A DNA stretch of 64,000 bases from NCBI GenBank assembly GCA_964468725.1, contig CAYXVU010000002.1, positions 993 through 64,992 of the forward strand. The letters run 5' to 3'. Source of the stretch: an uncultured Clostridia bacterium. GTDB taxonomy: Bacteria; Acidobacteriota; Blastocatellia; UBA7656. Shown piece after piece: positions 1 through 11,355 of the stretch. The notes beneath the pieces were generated by a model. It made no database searches. It was given only the letters and a program-made list of their open reading frames with translations, and had not been told where the DNA came from. Made by a program: the position numbers and the translations under genes. Position 1 is the first letter of the stretch, and the number at the start of each line of letters is the position of its first letter.

Positions 1-1
1 C

Positions 2-1150
<1,149 letters not shown>

Positions 1151-1208
1151 GCGGGCATCGCGCAGTCAGCGTATAATCGTCACACGTTTATCGTTTGAGG
1201 CTGGCAGA

Positions 1209-1382
1209 ATGAGTTTTCTAATTGAGATTGAGCGAGAAGAGGGCGGACGCTGGGTGGCCGAAGTCACCGATCTGCCCGGCGTGATGGTGTACGGACAAAC
1301 CCGCGACAAGGCCATCGTTCGCGTGCAAACTCTGGCCTTGCGCATCGTCGCCGACAGACTGGAACAAAGAAACCTTGCATAG
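1209..1382 (+). CDS. Small HicB-family (UPF0150) protein of 57 aa, below the ORF-track cutoff
   Basis: Its translation is MSFLIEIEREEGGRWVAEVTDLPGVMVYGQTRDKAIVRVQTLALRIVADRLEQRNLA. The pattern (I.IE.E.GG..A.VPDLPG....G.T..EA) resembles the HicB-like antitoxin fold. It lies 8 nt upstream of the MTase gene. Confidence 0.45.
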   Translation: MSFLIEIEREEGGRWVAEVTDLPGVMVYGQTRDKAIVRVQTLALRIVADRLEQRNLA

Positions 1383-1390
1383 GATCATAG

Positions 1391-2377
1391 ATGTCTAAAA
1401 TCAAAGAACAAACTTCCACCTTCGGGCGCAACAAAGAAACGCCGAATTTTTTCGGGCAGCCATTACAGCAAGGCACGTATAGTCACCTGAAACCCGACGA
1501 TATTGATGTAGCAACGCCAACACTTTTCTATTCGCATCCTAATGGACAGATATGGATAGGCGACGCGGTTGGGTGGCTGCAATCTCTGAAATCAGAGTCA
1601 GTAGATTTGATATTTGCCGACCCTCCATACAACATTAGAAAAGCCGAATGGGATAGTTTCGAATCGCAAAACGAGTACGTCAACTGGTCAATGCGCTGGA
1701 TTGAGCAAGCGTCACGCGTCCTCAAAAAAACCGGAACACTCTACCTTTGCGGCTTTTCTGAAATTTTGGCTGATCTCAAACTTCCTGCCTCGCGCCACTT
1801 TCAGGGCTGCCGATGGATGGTTTGGCATTATAAGAACAAAGCGAATCTCGGTAACGACTGGGGGCGTTCGCACGAAAGTATTTTGCATTTTAGAAAGAGC
1901 AAACAATTTACCTTCAACCTAGATGATGTGCGAATCCCTTATGGAAATCATACGTTGAAGTATCCTGAGCATCCACAAGCGGAATCCAGTCAATATGGCA
2001 AAAGTAGAGCGAATAAAAACCAACTCTGGCAACCCCATCCGAAGGGCGCAAAACCTAGAGACGTTTTGGAAATCCCAACCACCTGCAACAGCATGCATGA
2101 AAAGACGGCACACCCAACACAGAAGCCGGAAGAGTTAGTAAGAAAATTCGTGTTGGCTTCATCGAATCCGGGCGATTTGGTCATTGACCCCTTTCTCGGC
2201 TCTGGCACAACAGCAGTTGTTGCGCAGCAATTGAAACGCCGATGGGAAGGATGCGATATCACAATGGAATACTGTCAATGGGCGGCCAAACGCGTTGAAC
2301 TAGTCGAAGACTGGCCGATTGAGAAATGGATTCGTTACGATCTGGAAAATGAGCAGCGAAGGAAATCGATCCGATGA
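1391..2377 (+). CDS. Site-specific DNA methyltransferase, beta class (N6-adenine or N4-cytosine)
   Basis: Motif IV DLIFADPPYN lies near the N-terminus and motif I VIDPFLGSGTT near the C-terminus, which is the beta-class order. GC is markedly lower than in flanking DNA. Confidence 0.8.
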   Translation: MSKIKEQTSTFGRNKETPNFFGQPLQQGTYSHLKPDDIDVATPTLFYSHPNGQIWIGDAVGWLQSLKSESVDLIFADPPYNIRKAEWDSFESQNEYVNWSMRWIEQASRVLKKTGTLYLCGFSEILADLKLPASRHFQGCRWMVWHYKNKANLGNDWGRSHESILHFRKSKQFTFNLDDVRIPYGNHTLKYPEHPQAESSQYGKSRANKNQLWQPHPKGAKPRDVLEIPTTCNSMHEKTAHPTQKPEELVRKFVLASSNPGDLVIDPFLGSGTTAVVAQQLKRRWEGCDITMEYCQWAAKRVELVEDWPIEKWIRYDLENEQRRKSIR

Positions 2378-3330
2378 AACCAACGTCGCTTGCCGATTTG
2401 CAGGCCAGTGTGCAAGACCGATTCGCGTTCAGCAGGCTGGAGGATTACTTCACTCTGGGTTGCGAATTCCTCCGGTTAATAGACAGGATGCAGCCCACTC
2501 GGATTATCTCTCCTTCGCACGCGAACTATATTTTCTACCAATACAGCGCAGCCTATCGAAATCGAATTACCCGCCCCCTGAATGTGAATTTGTTTATTGA
2601 GGAGGCAGAAGAACTTGTAGGAGCAAGCGAAAGATTTGTCAGCTTTCTCGACGATTTGAAGCACCACAAAGCGGCGATTGCGACACGAAGGGCAAGTCGA
2701 AAATATATCGCTTCTAAAGAAATCAACAAAGTCATCTATACCTTGCAGCAAGCCATTGGCAGCATTGGGGATTCGTTCGAGAATGCAAATCAGTGTAGAA
2801 AAAGAGTAGGACAATTATTTGAAAACTTGGTCAAACTCGTCATCCAACAAATTGGCTTGGTGTGTGAGCCCCGCACCGTCAACATCCCGATAGCAGGGTA
2901 TTCTGATCGCAAGATGTCTTATGAATTAGATGTAGTCTTTACCCGAAGCAAGGTGGTTGTCGCAGCAGAAACTCATTTCATCCATCCTTCAGAAGTTGTC
3001 GGTTCCGTTAAAACGACAAGCAAGGATCGAATAGACAAGATATTCCTCGACAAATTTTTACTGACGAAACTTCTCGGCAGAGATATTCCCGTTGTCGCTA
3101 TTTTTCTCCATGATGTTCAGCGGGCGAACAAAGGCAATAGCATCTTTGGCATCAATTCGACTTTCAAAAGCAATCACTTTCTTGGCTACACTGTCGCGTT
3201 AAATCGCTTGGATGGCGTTTATTATGTTGATCCTAGACCGGAAATGTTCGACAACGAACGGTTGCGGGAACAGATCAGCGATTTTCAAGCTTTTTTGGTG
3301 AACGACTTATGGACTCTTTCAAACCGGTAA
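2374..3330 (+). CDS. ORFan of 318 aa, translationally coupled to the MTase; putative Type II restriction endonuclease
   Basis: Its ATG overlaps the MTase stop (ATGA). It is AT-rich like the MTase. No known family motif was recognised. YELDVVF...SEVVGSVK may be a weak PD-(D/E)xK-like signature. Confidence 0.45.
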   Translation: MKPTSLADLQASVQDRFAFSRLEDYFTLGCEFLRLIDRMQPTRIISPSHANYIFYQYSAAYRNRITRPLNVNLFIEEAEELVGASERFVSFLDDLKHHKAAIATRRASRKYIASKEINKVIYTLQQAIGSIGDSFENANQCRKRVGQLFENLVKLVIQQIGLVCEPRTVNIPIAGYSDRKMSYELDVVFTRSKVVVAAETHFIHPSEVVGSVKTTSKDRIDKIFLDKFLLTKLLGRDIPVVAIFLHDVQRANKGNSIFGINSTFKSNHFLGYTVALNRLDGVYYVDPRPEMFDNERLREQISDFQAFLVNDLWTLSNR

Positions 3331-3378
3331 GTTTGTCGAGTGGGGTTGCCTTGGCTCGTCGAAGTGCAATCGGTAAGG

Positions 3379-3430
3379 GTCAAACCGCAACCGCCTTCGC
3401 GCGGGCGCATCGGCGGCATCGAGATTTAAG
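3379..3430. repeat. Right copy of the 52-bp direct repeat; a non-coding duplicate of the HerA-like gene 3' end
   Basis: Perfect identity to 1100..1151. It flanks the low-GC cassette on the right side. Confidence 0.9.
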
Positions 3431-3607
3431 ATTTCAGCACGACCACGTGACGAGTTTTTGAGGGAAAAGAGAGTGCTGAGTTGATGATTGATTACGATGT
3501 GGCAGTTGCGAAGGTCGCAACCTACACGGTTAAAAAAGTTGATCTCGATTACTTTGACGAACTATAACCCGATTTAACGTTGTGCGAGTGCATCGGCAGC
3601 GTTGTGT

Positions 3608-4531
3608 CTAATAGGCACAGCGGTAATTGTAAAACTCATAGACGCGGCTCCACGCGCTGCCTCTCCTTTTGTAAATCCGATACGTGATGCCCTCAAAGCT
3701 GGTGTCGGCGATGATGACTTCCGATAAGCCGTCGCCGTCGAGGTCAAGATGGTCTACCAGAATTTGCGCCAAGACCTCTTCGCCGATTTGATCAATGCTT
3801 GCCCCTGACATCAAATCCTTTTCCGTCACCGCACCGTATTGCGACAGGGTGACTTTGAACTCTTTCCCCTTCGGCTCGGCAAAGAGTAAGAGCAAATAGG
3901 CTGCATCCACACCGCGCTGTTTTTTGATGACAAACGTGCCGATAATCTCGTCACGGCCATCGCCGTTTAAGTCAACAGCCGTGACGTTGAGCTGTTTGAC
4001 CGCAGCGAGCAAGTTTTCGGCTACGCCTTTTTGGTGATAAGTCTTCTGCGCGAGTTCGAAAATCGCTCTGCGTTCAGTGGCGGTCGGCTGCCGCCGCGAA
4101 ATGGTTTTGCCGCCGAGCCTGGTTGCATTGGTGGCAATCGCCATCACGCGGTCTTTGAGCCGCGCTGCGCCCGCGCCTTTGGCTTCGACGCGCGCTTGCG
4201 TGCGCGCACATTCGGCATCCTTGCCCATCCATTTTTTGACGGTGATGTCGCCCGCTGCGCCGCCGCCGAAGATCAGCCGGTATTTCTGCCCGGCGCGATA
4301 GTAGTCGCGCGCCATCCTGGTCAGCGCCGCCACCTCAGAGGTTCCCGAAGGCGGTTGCGTAAAGCGCCCTTTATTGATGATGACGATGGGGTCAATCAAA
4401 ACACCGGCAGGCGTTTTCGAAACGGCAAAGAGAACGGTTTTCTGATTGCTAACCGGCGCTTTGTTCTGTGCTCCTACGGGCAGAAGCAGCAAGACTGTGA
4501 TGAGAGGGGCAAAAATTTTGTTCAAGACCAT
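3608..4531 (-). CDS. Secreted protein with FG-GAP/VCBS-like calcium-binding loops
   Basis: A signal peptide MVLNKIFAPLITVLLLLPVGAQ follows an internal Met, so the ORF-track start at 4618 is probably too long. The motifs DLNGDGRDEI and DLDGDGLSEV are present. Confidence 0.5.
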   Translation of the reverse strand: MVLNKIFAPLITVLLLLPVGAQNKAPVSNQKTVLFAVSKTPAGVLIDPIVIINKGRFTQPPSGTSEVAALTRMARDYYRAGQKYRLIFGGGAAGDITVKKWMGKDAECARTQARVEAKGAGAARLKDRVMAIATNATRLGGKTISRRQPTATERRAIFELAQKTYHQKGVAENLLAAVKQLNVTAVDLNGDGRDEIIGTFVIKKQRGVDAAYLLLLFAEPKGKEFKVTLSQYGAVTEKDLMSGASIDQIGEEVLAQILVDHLDLDGDGLSEVIIADTSFEGITYRIYKRRGSAWSRVYEFYNYRCAY

Positions 4532-4686
4532 CACCTCGAGTTCAGATTCGTTGCTTGATAGTAGCACATCATTTATTATCGTTCGTGCCTGTTTGATGAG
4601 GGACTCCACATTCCGCACGGGAGGACTTCTCAGCGCCGCTTCCTAAACCTAGGATTTGAATCTCTCTTCGCAAAGGGATTGTCGGT

Positions 4687-6615
4687 ATGTACAAAAAGTT
4701 GATGATCGTCGGTTTGCTGATCGGCTGGTTGTCGGGCTTCGCCTTCGGGCAGCAAGCCGAACGCGATATGGAGAAAGAGAAGGCCATCTGGCAGGCCTTG
4801 CAGGCCATTGCGCCGAAAACGGTCGAAGATTTCAAAGCGGCGACGGCAGCGATGGATGAAGGCAACTACGAACAGGCCGCTCAGCTTTATGAAAAGGTGT
4901 TAGCCAAAGCGCCGGATTATGATGTTGTGCAGCGTCGCCTCGGAGTGTGTCTGAGCGAAACGGAGCGCACGGCAGATGGCCGCTCCTTTTTGGAACAAGC
5001 GCTGGCAACCAAACGCTCACCGGAAAACCTGGGCGCGCTCGCCGCCGCTCTCGCCTTTCCCGGCAAAGGCAGAGTCGCGCCGAAACCGGACAAACAACGT
5101 GCCCTGACGCTGATTAAATCGGCCTTTCAGGCTGATGCCGAAAACGATCCTTATTACGCGCTGTTGCTGGCGCAAATCAGTCTGGAAGCCGAGTCGCCGA
5201 ACGATTTTCGCGAAGCCGTCCGCACGCTGTCGCAAAAACACCCGCAGTTGATGGCGACTCACTACTTCAGCGCCGTTGCTGCCGCGATGGATGAAGACTG
5301 GTTGAAGGCGGTAGCCGAGATCAACGTGGCGCAGAGTTTAGGATTGCCAGCAGAGCAGGCAAAAGCGTTTCTCGATTCCGGCGTGCAATCGAGAGCGACC
5401 GTTTGGCGCTATGTCTACTACTCGCTGGCGCTGACCGGCGTATGGGCGTTGGGATTGCTGACCCTGTTCGGACTTGGCAAGGCGCTTTCCAATCGGACGA
5501 TGCGTTCGCTGGAAACCTCCGACCCGAATGGTGCGGCCAGCGATCAAGAGGTCTCGCTGCGCAAGTTGTATCGCCGACTCATCAATGTCGCAGGCGTCTA
5601 TTATTACATCTCGCTGCCGTTCGTCGTCATCCTCGTCATCGCCGTCACGGCTTCCGTGTCCTATGCCTTCTTTGTCATCGGCTACGTGCCCATCAAATTG
5701 TTAATCGTGCTGGCCATCGGCGCGCTGGTGACGATTTACAAGATGATTCGCTCGCTCTTCGTGCGCGTCCAAGCGGAAGACCCGGGACGCCCGCTGCGTC
5801 CAGATGAAGCGCCGGGATTGTGGGCTATGACTCGCGCCGTCGCCGAAAGACTGGGCACGCGCCCGATTGATGAGATTCGCATCACCCCCGGAACCGATCT
5901 GGCCGTCTATGAGAAAGGCAGCTTCAAAGAACGCGCGCAGGATCGCGCGCGGCGCATCCTCGTATTGGGTGTCGGAGTGTTGAACGATTTTCAGCAAGGC
6001 GATTTTCGCGCCGTGCTGGCGCACGAATACGGTCACTTTTCGCACCGCGATACGGCAGGCGGCGATGTCGCCCTTCGCGTGCGCTCCGACATTATGAAGT
6101 TTGCCGAAGCGATGGTCTTGAGCGGGCAAGCGGTGTGGTGGAACATGGGGTTTCAGTTTCTCCATGTCTATGACTTTATCTTTCGCCGCATCACCCATGG
6201 CGCGACGCGTCTGCAAGAGGTGCTAGCTGATCGGGTGGCGGCGCGCCAGTACGGCGCTGACCACTTCGAAGGCGGATTGCGCCACGCTATTCGACGCACC
6301 ATCGAATTCGAAGATATTGCCTATTGGGAGATTGATGGCGCGGCCAAAGAGCGGCGCAACCTGGCCAATCTCTACGATATGGCCGCCAACCCGAACAATG
6401 CGATTGAAGAGAAGTTTAACGAGGCAATCAATCGCCCGACGACCCAAGACGATACGCATCCGAGCCCGGTCGAACGCTTTCGATTGACGAAGAAGATCAT
6501 CAGTCGGGAGGTGTCACCTGCTGCCGGAACCGTATGGGAATGGTTCACAGATCGAGAAGCCTTGACGAAGGAGATGAGCGCGTTGATAGATTCCTACTTG
6601 AGAGCGGCGCACTGA
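4687..6615 (+). CDS. M48-family zinc metallopeptidase with an N-terminal TPR-like domain and transmembrane segments
   Basis: HEXXH motif LAHEYGHFSHRD, a signal peptide, TPR-like N-terminus and internal hydrophobic helices. Confidence 0.6.
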   Translation: MYKKLMIVGLLIGWLSGFAFGQQAERDMEKEKAIWQALQAIAPKTVEDFKAATAAMDEGNYEQAAQLYEKVLAKAPDYDVVQRRLGVCLSETERTADGRSFLEQALATKRSPENLGALAAALAFPGKGRVAPKPDKQRALTLIKSAFQADAENDPYYALLLAQISLEAESPNDFREAVRTLSQKHPQLMATHYFSAVAAAMDEDWLKAVAEINVAQSLGLPAEQAKAFLDSGVQSRATVWRYVYYSLALTGVWALGLLTLFGLGKALSNRTMRSLETSDPNGAASDQEVSLRKLYRRLINVAGVYYYISLPFVVILVIAVTASVSYAFFVIGYVPIKLLIVLAIGALVTIYKMIRSLFVRVQAEDPGRPLRPDEAPGLWAMTRAVAERLGTRPIDEIRITPGTDLAVYEKGSFKERAQDRARRILVLGVGVLNDFQQGDFRAVLAHEYGHFSHRDTAGGDVALRVRSDIMKFAEAMVLSGQAVWWNMGFQFLHVYDFIFRRITHGATRLQEVLADRVAARQYGADHFEGGLRHAIRRTIEFEDIAYWEIDGAAKERRNLANLYDMAANPNNAIEEKFNEAINRPTTQDDTHPSPVERFRLTKKIISREVSPAAGTVWEWFTDREALTKEMSALIDSYLRAAH

Positions 6616-6658
6616 GCCGTTGGCATTGTCACACAAGAAGACTTGACAGAGTTACCGG

Positions 6659-9004
6659 ATGAAAAAGCCCCGATCATTCCATCAGCTTCCAACTGCCGGT
6701 CTGCTGCGCACTGTGGCCTTGATCGTCGCTGTGCTCACCCTGGCGGTATGGCAGACGACAGAACCTGCGAGCGCAGCGCCATACGCCATCGAACCGCCGC
6801 CTGGGTGGGTTCAATCGGTGCCGCTGCCCGACGCGCCTACTGCCGATTCGCAAAGCGGGCTGGCTTTTCTGTTGGGCGATTATCAATACCGCGTCGGCAG
6901 CAAAACCGTCGAACGCTATTACCGGCACGTCAAAAGGGTGATGTCGACATCGGGGCTGAAGCGCATTTCACAACTGAGCTTCGAGTTCGAACCCTCTTAC
7001 CAACGACTCGTCATCCATCATCTACAGATTCAGCGCGGCGCCGAGACGATCAACGCGTTGCGCCCCGGCGAAATCAAAATCATTCAGAAAGAGGCCGATC
7101 TCGATCAACAACTCTACAACGGCCTGTTGTCGGCCTTGATCATTCTCAACGATGTGCGCGTCGGCGATACGGTGGATTACGCCTATTCGGTGGTGGGCGA
7201 TAACCCGGTACTCGGCGGACGCTACGCGGACAGTTTTCGACTCGCCACCTACGAGCCGGTACAACGCTTGCGGTTTCGCCTGCTATGGCCGTCAAACCGC
7301 ACCTTGCACTATCGCACGCAGAACCGAGAGGTGCAGCCGGTCATGACGCCTTTGGCGGGCGAAGCCCAGTATCTATGGGAACAGGAGAATGTCAAAGCCG
7401 TCGAATTCGCAGCGCAATCGCCGAAATGGTTCGACCCCTTGCCCACCCTCTATCTGAGCGAGTTCGGCAGTTGGCAAGAGGTCGTCCGATGGGCATTGCC
7501 GCTCTACCGCGTGCAACGCCCGCTCGCGCCGCAACTGGCCAGGCAGATCGAACAATGGCGCGCGGCCAGCGATCAGGTAGAAGAGCGCGTGCGCGCGGCT
7601 TTGCGCTTCGTCCAAGATGATGTGCGCTACATGGGAATCGAGATGGGACCGAATTCCCATCAACCCACGCCGCCGCCGCTGGTTTTGCAACGCCGCTTCG
7701 GCGATTGTAAAGACAAATCTCTGCTGCTGCTAACCGTGCTCAGCGAATTGGGCGTCACCGCCTACCCGGCCCTCATCAACACGGAAGCGAAGTGGCAACT
7801 GGACAAATGGGAACCTTCGCCTTATGCCTTCGACCACGTCATCGTGCAAGCGACAGTCGGCGATAAGACTTACTGGTTCGACCCCACCATCAGCTTTCAA
7901 CGCGGCAGTTTGAGCGAACGCTACAACCCCGATTACCAACGTGCCCTCGTCGTGCGCGAAGGCAACGCCGATCTGGAAACGATTCCGCAGGAGATGAGCA
8001 GCGAACCGACGACGATCATCAACGAAACCTATAGGGTCAACAGCGATGGCAGCGCTACCCGGACGCTCGTCAGCACCTATCGCAGAGCCGATGCCGATGG
8101 CATGCGCCACCTGCTCGACGACCAAACGCCGCAAGAGTATGGCAAAGCGAAGCTGGATTACTATGCGGAAAGCGAAATGAACATCGAGGCTGAAGGCGTG
8201 CCGAGCGTGACTGACGATCAAGAGGCGAACCGCTTGGTTCTCACCGAACAGTATCGGTTGCCCTCGTTTTGGCAAGATGGCGTTCATCACGTCTATTCGG
8301 ATGCCATCTATAATCAACTACAAACCCCTGACAGCAGCCAGCGAGACGCCCCTCAAGCCATCGCGCATCCGGTCAATATCCAACAGGTCATCGAATTGCG
8401 GTTGCCGCAACGAGTGCCGGTTGCAAACGATTCCGGCACTCTGGAAGATGATGTCTTGCGCTTTCGTTATCAGGTCGAAAACAGCGGCAACCTGGTGCGC
8501 TTACACTGCGAGTTGCAGACCCGAAAAGACCATGTGCCCGCCGCTGCGCTTGCCCGCCATACGGCGCTGCTCGAACGAATCGGTGACAGCCTCAGTCTGA
8601 CCCTTTACCGAGACGGCGCGCGGACGTCTGCGCGGCGCGGTACGAATTGGACAACGATTCTGGTCTACAGTCTGGTCTTCGGGCCGTTTCTGGTCTTTGG
8701 GTTGCTGAAGTTCGTGCAAAGTCGCCGAGCGCAAGGGCGACAAACGGAATTCAAAAAGAAGTTTGCCGTCGCCCCCGGCGAAGTGCCGGAAACCGCCATC
8801 GAATTACCCGACGGCCAAGAGTTGTCTTCACATCTCGCCGCCCTCACCTGTCCCTGCGGCACACCATACTATGAAGCGGGTGACCGGTTCGAACAAGCTT
8901 CGGGCATCTTTGACGGGCGACGACTGCTTGTGGTGGGACTGAAGTGCGCGACCTGCCGCAACCAACGAGACGTCTATTTTATGCCGCCACAGCCGTCTGC
9001 TTAA
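6659..9004 (+). CDS. DUF3857/transglutaminase-like cysteine peptidase superfamily protein with a C-terminal TM helix and Cys-rich tail
   Basis: A Cys-His-Asp core: GDCKDKS, FDHVIV, WFDPT. A signal peptide is present, and the C-terminus carries CPCG...CATC. Confidence 0.55.
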   Translation: MKKPRSFHQLPTAGLLRTVALIVAVLTLAVWQTTEPASAAPYAIEPPPGWVQSVPLPDAPTADSQSGLAFLLGDYQYRVGSKTVERYYRHVKRVMSTSGLKRISQLSFEFEPSYQRLVIHHLQIQRGAETINALRPGEIKIIQKEADLDQQLYNGLLSALIILNDVRVGDTVDYAYSVVGDNPVLGGRYADSFRLATYEPVQRLRFRLLWPSNRTLHYRTQNREVQPVMTPLAGEAQYLWEQENVKAVEFAAQSPKWFDPLPTLYLSEFGSWQEVVRWALPLYRVQRPLAPQLARQIEQWRAASDQVEERVRAALRFVQDDVRYMGIEMGPNSHQPTPPPLVLQRRFGDCKDKSLLLLTVLSELGVTAYPALINTEAKWQLDKWEPSPYAFDHVIVQATVGDKTYWFDPTISFQRGSLSERYNPDYQRALVVREGNADLETIPQEMSSEPTTIINETYRVNSDGSATRTLVSTYRRADADGMRHLLDDQTPQEYGKAKLDYYAESEMNIEAEGVPSVTDDQEANRLVLTEQYRLPSFWQDGVHHVYSDAIYNQLQTPDSSQRDAPQAIAHPVNIQQVIELRLPQRVPVANDSGTLEDDVLRFRYQVENSGNLVRLHCELQTRKDHVPAAALARHTALLERIGDSLSLTLYRDGARTSARRGTNWTTILVYSLVFGPFLVFGLLKFVQSRRAQGRQTEFKKKFAVAPGEVPETAIELPDGQELSSHLAALTCPCGTPYYEAGDRFEQASGIFDGRRLLVVGLKCATCRNQRDVYFMPPQPSA

Positions 9005-9039
9005 TAGCCTGCTCGTTAGCCAGCCGAGTGGACAGATAG

Positions 9040-10581
9040 TCAACGAAGCTGTGACAAGAACTCGCGCACCACTTCCTTAACCTCGCGGCCTTCGCCATCA
9101 ACCGCGTAATTGAGGCGGCGCATGTCTGCGTCGGTAATTCTGCCAGTCAATGCGTTGATCGCTTCTCTGACTTGCGGGAAACGCGCAAGTGTTTCCCGGC
9201 GCACGACGGCAGCCGCTTCGTAAGGCGGGAAGTAGTGCCGATCATCTTGCAACTGCACAAGACCAAGTTTGTCAATCAACCCGTCCGTCGAATTCCCGGC
9301 GATCAAGTCAACCTGCCCCGCAGCCAATGCCCGATAAGAGAGCGACAAATCCATCTCGCGCGGCGTACCGGCAAACTGCAAGCCGTAGGCGCGCGCAAAG
9401 CCCGCATAGCCATCTGCGCGTGACATGAAATCCTGCCCGAATCCGGCTTGCCATCGCGGCGTCAGGCGGGCGGCATCCGAGATCGTTTGCAAATTGAATC
9501 GCCGCGCATCATCGCCGCGCACCAAAATCGCAAAGGTGTTTTCGAACCCCAACGGCGCTAGCCATTCAAGGTCGAACTGCTCGGCATACTCGCGCTTGGT
9601 CTGTTCGTAGACAGCGCGCGGGTCGGTGATGGGCGGATGTTTGAGAATCGCGGCGAAGGCTGTGCCCGTATATTCGACATAGGTATCCATCGTTCCCGCC
9701 AACAGAGCGCGATGGCACAAATCTCCGCCGAGTTCGAATTGGCGTTCGACCGCAAGGCCGCGCGCTTCGAGAGCTTGCGCAAGCACTTCGCCGAGAATGA
9801 TCTGTTCGGTGAAGTCTTTCGAGCCGACAACAATGCGCGTCGAAGAGGGCGACGCGCCGCCGAAGAGAGAGGCCGTAAGCGAGACAACGACGGCAAGCAT
9901 GACCGAAACGATTGCCCACTGTGCGACTTGCCGCCGCCGCCGCGTCGCGCCGGGGGCGAGCGAGCGTTCGACCCAACCAAGCGCGAAATCTGCCGCCAGC
10001 GCCATCAGCGCCGCTGGAATCGCACCGGCCAGAATCAAGGTGTTGTCATTCATCCGCAGGCCGCGAAAGATGTACATCCCCAAACCACCAGCACCGATGG
10101 CCGCAGCAATGGTTGCCGTGCCAACCGAAATCACCGTCGCTACGCGCAGACCCGCGATGATGACGTTGAGCGCTAACGGCAACTCGACTTGTATAAGCAT
10201 CTGCCAATCGGTCATGCCCATGCCGCGCGCCGCTTCGCGCACGCCGCGATCTACGCCGCTGATGCCTGTGAAGGTGTTGCGAATGATGGGCAGCAGCGAA
10301 TACAGAAACAGCGCGATGATGGCGGGCAGTCGCCCGATGCCGTAGGCGCCGAGCAACGGAATGAGAAAGCCGAACAGAGCAAGTGACGGAATGGTCTGCA
10401 AGATGTTGGCGACGGCGAGGGCAGGTTTGCTGAGCGCCGGTTTGCGAGTCAGCAAGATGCCGATGGGGATGCCGACCAGCGCGGCGGCCAGCGTGGCGAT
10501 GGCAACCAACAACAGATGCTCCAGCGTCAGTTGCAACACCTCGTTACGATGCGTGGTCAGAAAAGCGATCAGCTTGGTCAT
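9040..10581 (-). CDS. Glycine betaine/choline-type ABC transporter, fused permease plus periplasmic substrate-binding domain (OpuCB/OpuCC-like)
   Basis: The N-terminal half is a multi-TM permease with EAARGMGMT and a signature loop. The C-terminal half is OpuAC-like, with motifs such as GSKDFTEQIILGE. Confidence 0.65.
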   Translation of the reverse strand: MTKLIAFLTTHRNEVLQLTLEHLLLVAIATLAAALVGIPIGILLTRKPALSKPALAVANILQTIPSLALFGFLIPLLGAYGIGRLPAIIALFLYSLLPIIRNTFTGISGVDRGVREAARGMGMTDWQMLIQVELPLALNVIIAGLRVATVISVGTATIAAAIGAGGLGMYIFRGLRMNDNTLILAGAIPAALMALAADFALGWVERSLAPGATRRRRQVAQWAIVSVMLAVVVSLTASLFGGASPSSTRIVVGSKDFTEQIILGEVLAQALEARGLAVERQFELGGDLCHRALLAGTMDTYVEYTGTAFAAILKHPPITDPRAVYEQTKREYAEQFDLEWLAPLGFENTFAILVRGDDARRFNLQTISDAARLTPRWQAGFGQDFMSRADGYAGFARAYGLQFAGTPREMDLSLSYRALAAGQVDLIAGNSTDGLIDKLGLVQLQDDRHYFPPYEAAAVVRRETLARFPQVREAINALTGRITDADMRRLNYAVDGEGREVKEVVREFLSQLR

Positions 10582-10596
10582 AGGGTGAGAAAATGG

Positions 10597-11355
10597 TTAT
10601 TCGGAGGCCTGCATCGCGGCGTAGAAAGCGCGCGCTTCCGGGTGTTGCGAACGGGCGAACTCCGATGGCACGGCTAATTCGATGAGTCGTCCGTCTTGAA
10701 AGAGTCCAATGCGCGTGCCGAGCAAGAAGGCTTCGCGCAGGTCATGCGTGACGAAGACAATCGTTTTGTTGAGTCCTTTGGCAAGCGCCGCAAATTCGCG
10801 TTGCAACTCGGCGCGGGTGATCGGATCGAGCGCTCCAAAGGGTTCGTCCATCAAGATGATCGGCGGATCGGCGGCCAGCGCCCGTGCGACGCCGACGCGT
10901 TGACGTTGACCGCCGGATAGCTCTTGCGGATAACGTGCGGCAAAGGTGTCGCCATCGAGGCCGACCAGTTGCAAGAGTTCGCGCACCCGATGGTGAATGC
11001 GCTCCGCCCCCCATCCTTCGAGTCGCGGCACCAGCCCGATGTTCTCTTCGACGGTGAAGTGCGGAAAAAGGCCGGTCTCTTGAATGACATAGCCGATATG
11101 ACGGCGCAAGCGAATCATATCCCATTCGGTGGTGGCTCGATTTTCGACGAGAATCGAGCCAGCGGTCGGTTCAAGCAAGCGGTTGATAAGTTTGAGGGTG
11201 GTCGTTTTGCCCGATCCGCTGCGCCCTAACAAGACCAGGGTTTCGCCACGCGCAATATCGAGAGTGAGCGCCGTGACCGCCAGTTTTCCGCGATACTGCA
11301 AACTGACATCGCGGAAGGCAATCACCGATTCGATTGGAGAAAGCTCGGTTGACAT
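10597..11355 (-). CDS. ABC transporter ATP-binding protein (OpuCA/ProV-like)
   Basis: Walker A GRSGSGKTT, signature LSGGQRQRV and Walker B ILMDEPFGALD. The start was reassigned to MSTELSPIES at 11355, because the longer upstream extension is low-complexity. Confidence 0.75.
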   Translation of the reverse strand: MSTELSPIESVIAFRDVSLQYRGKLAVTALTLDIARGETLVLLGRSGSGKTTTLKLINRLLEPTAGSILVENRATTEWDMIRLRRHIGYVIQETGLFPHFTVEENIGLVPRLEGWGAERIHHRVRELLQLVGLDGDTFAARYPQELSGGQRQRVGVARALAADPPIILMDEPFGALDPITRAELQREFAALAKGLNKTIVFVTHDLREAFLLGTRIGLFQDGRLIELAVPSEFARSQHPEARAFYAAMQASE

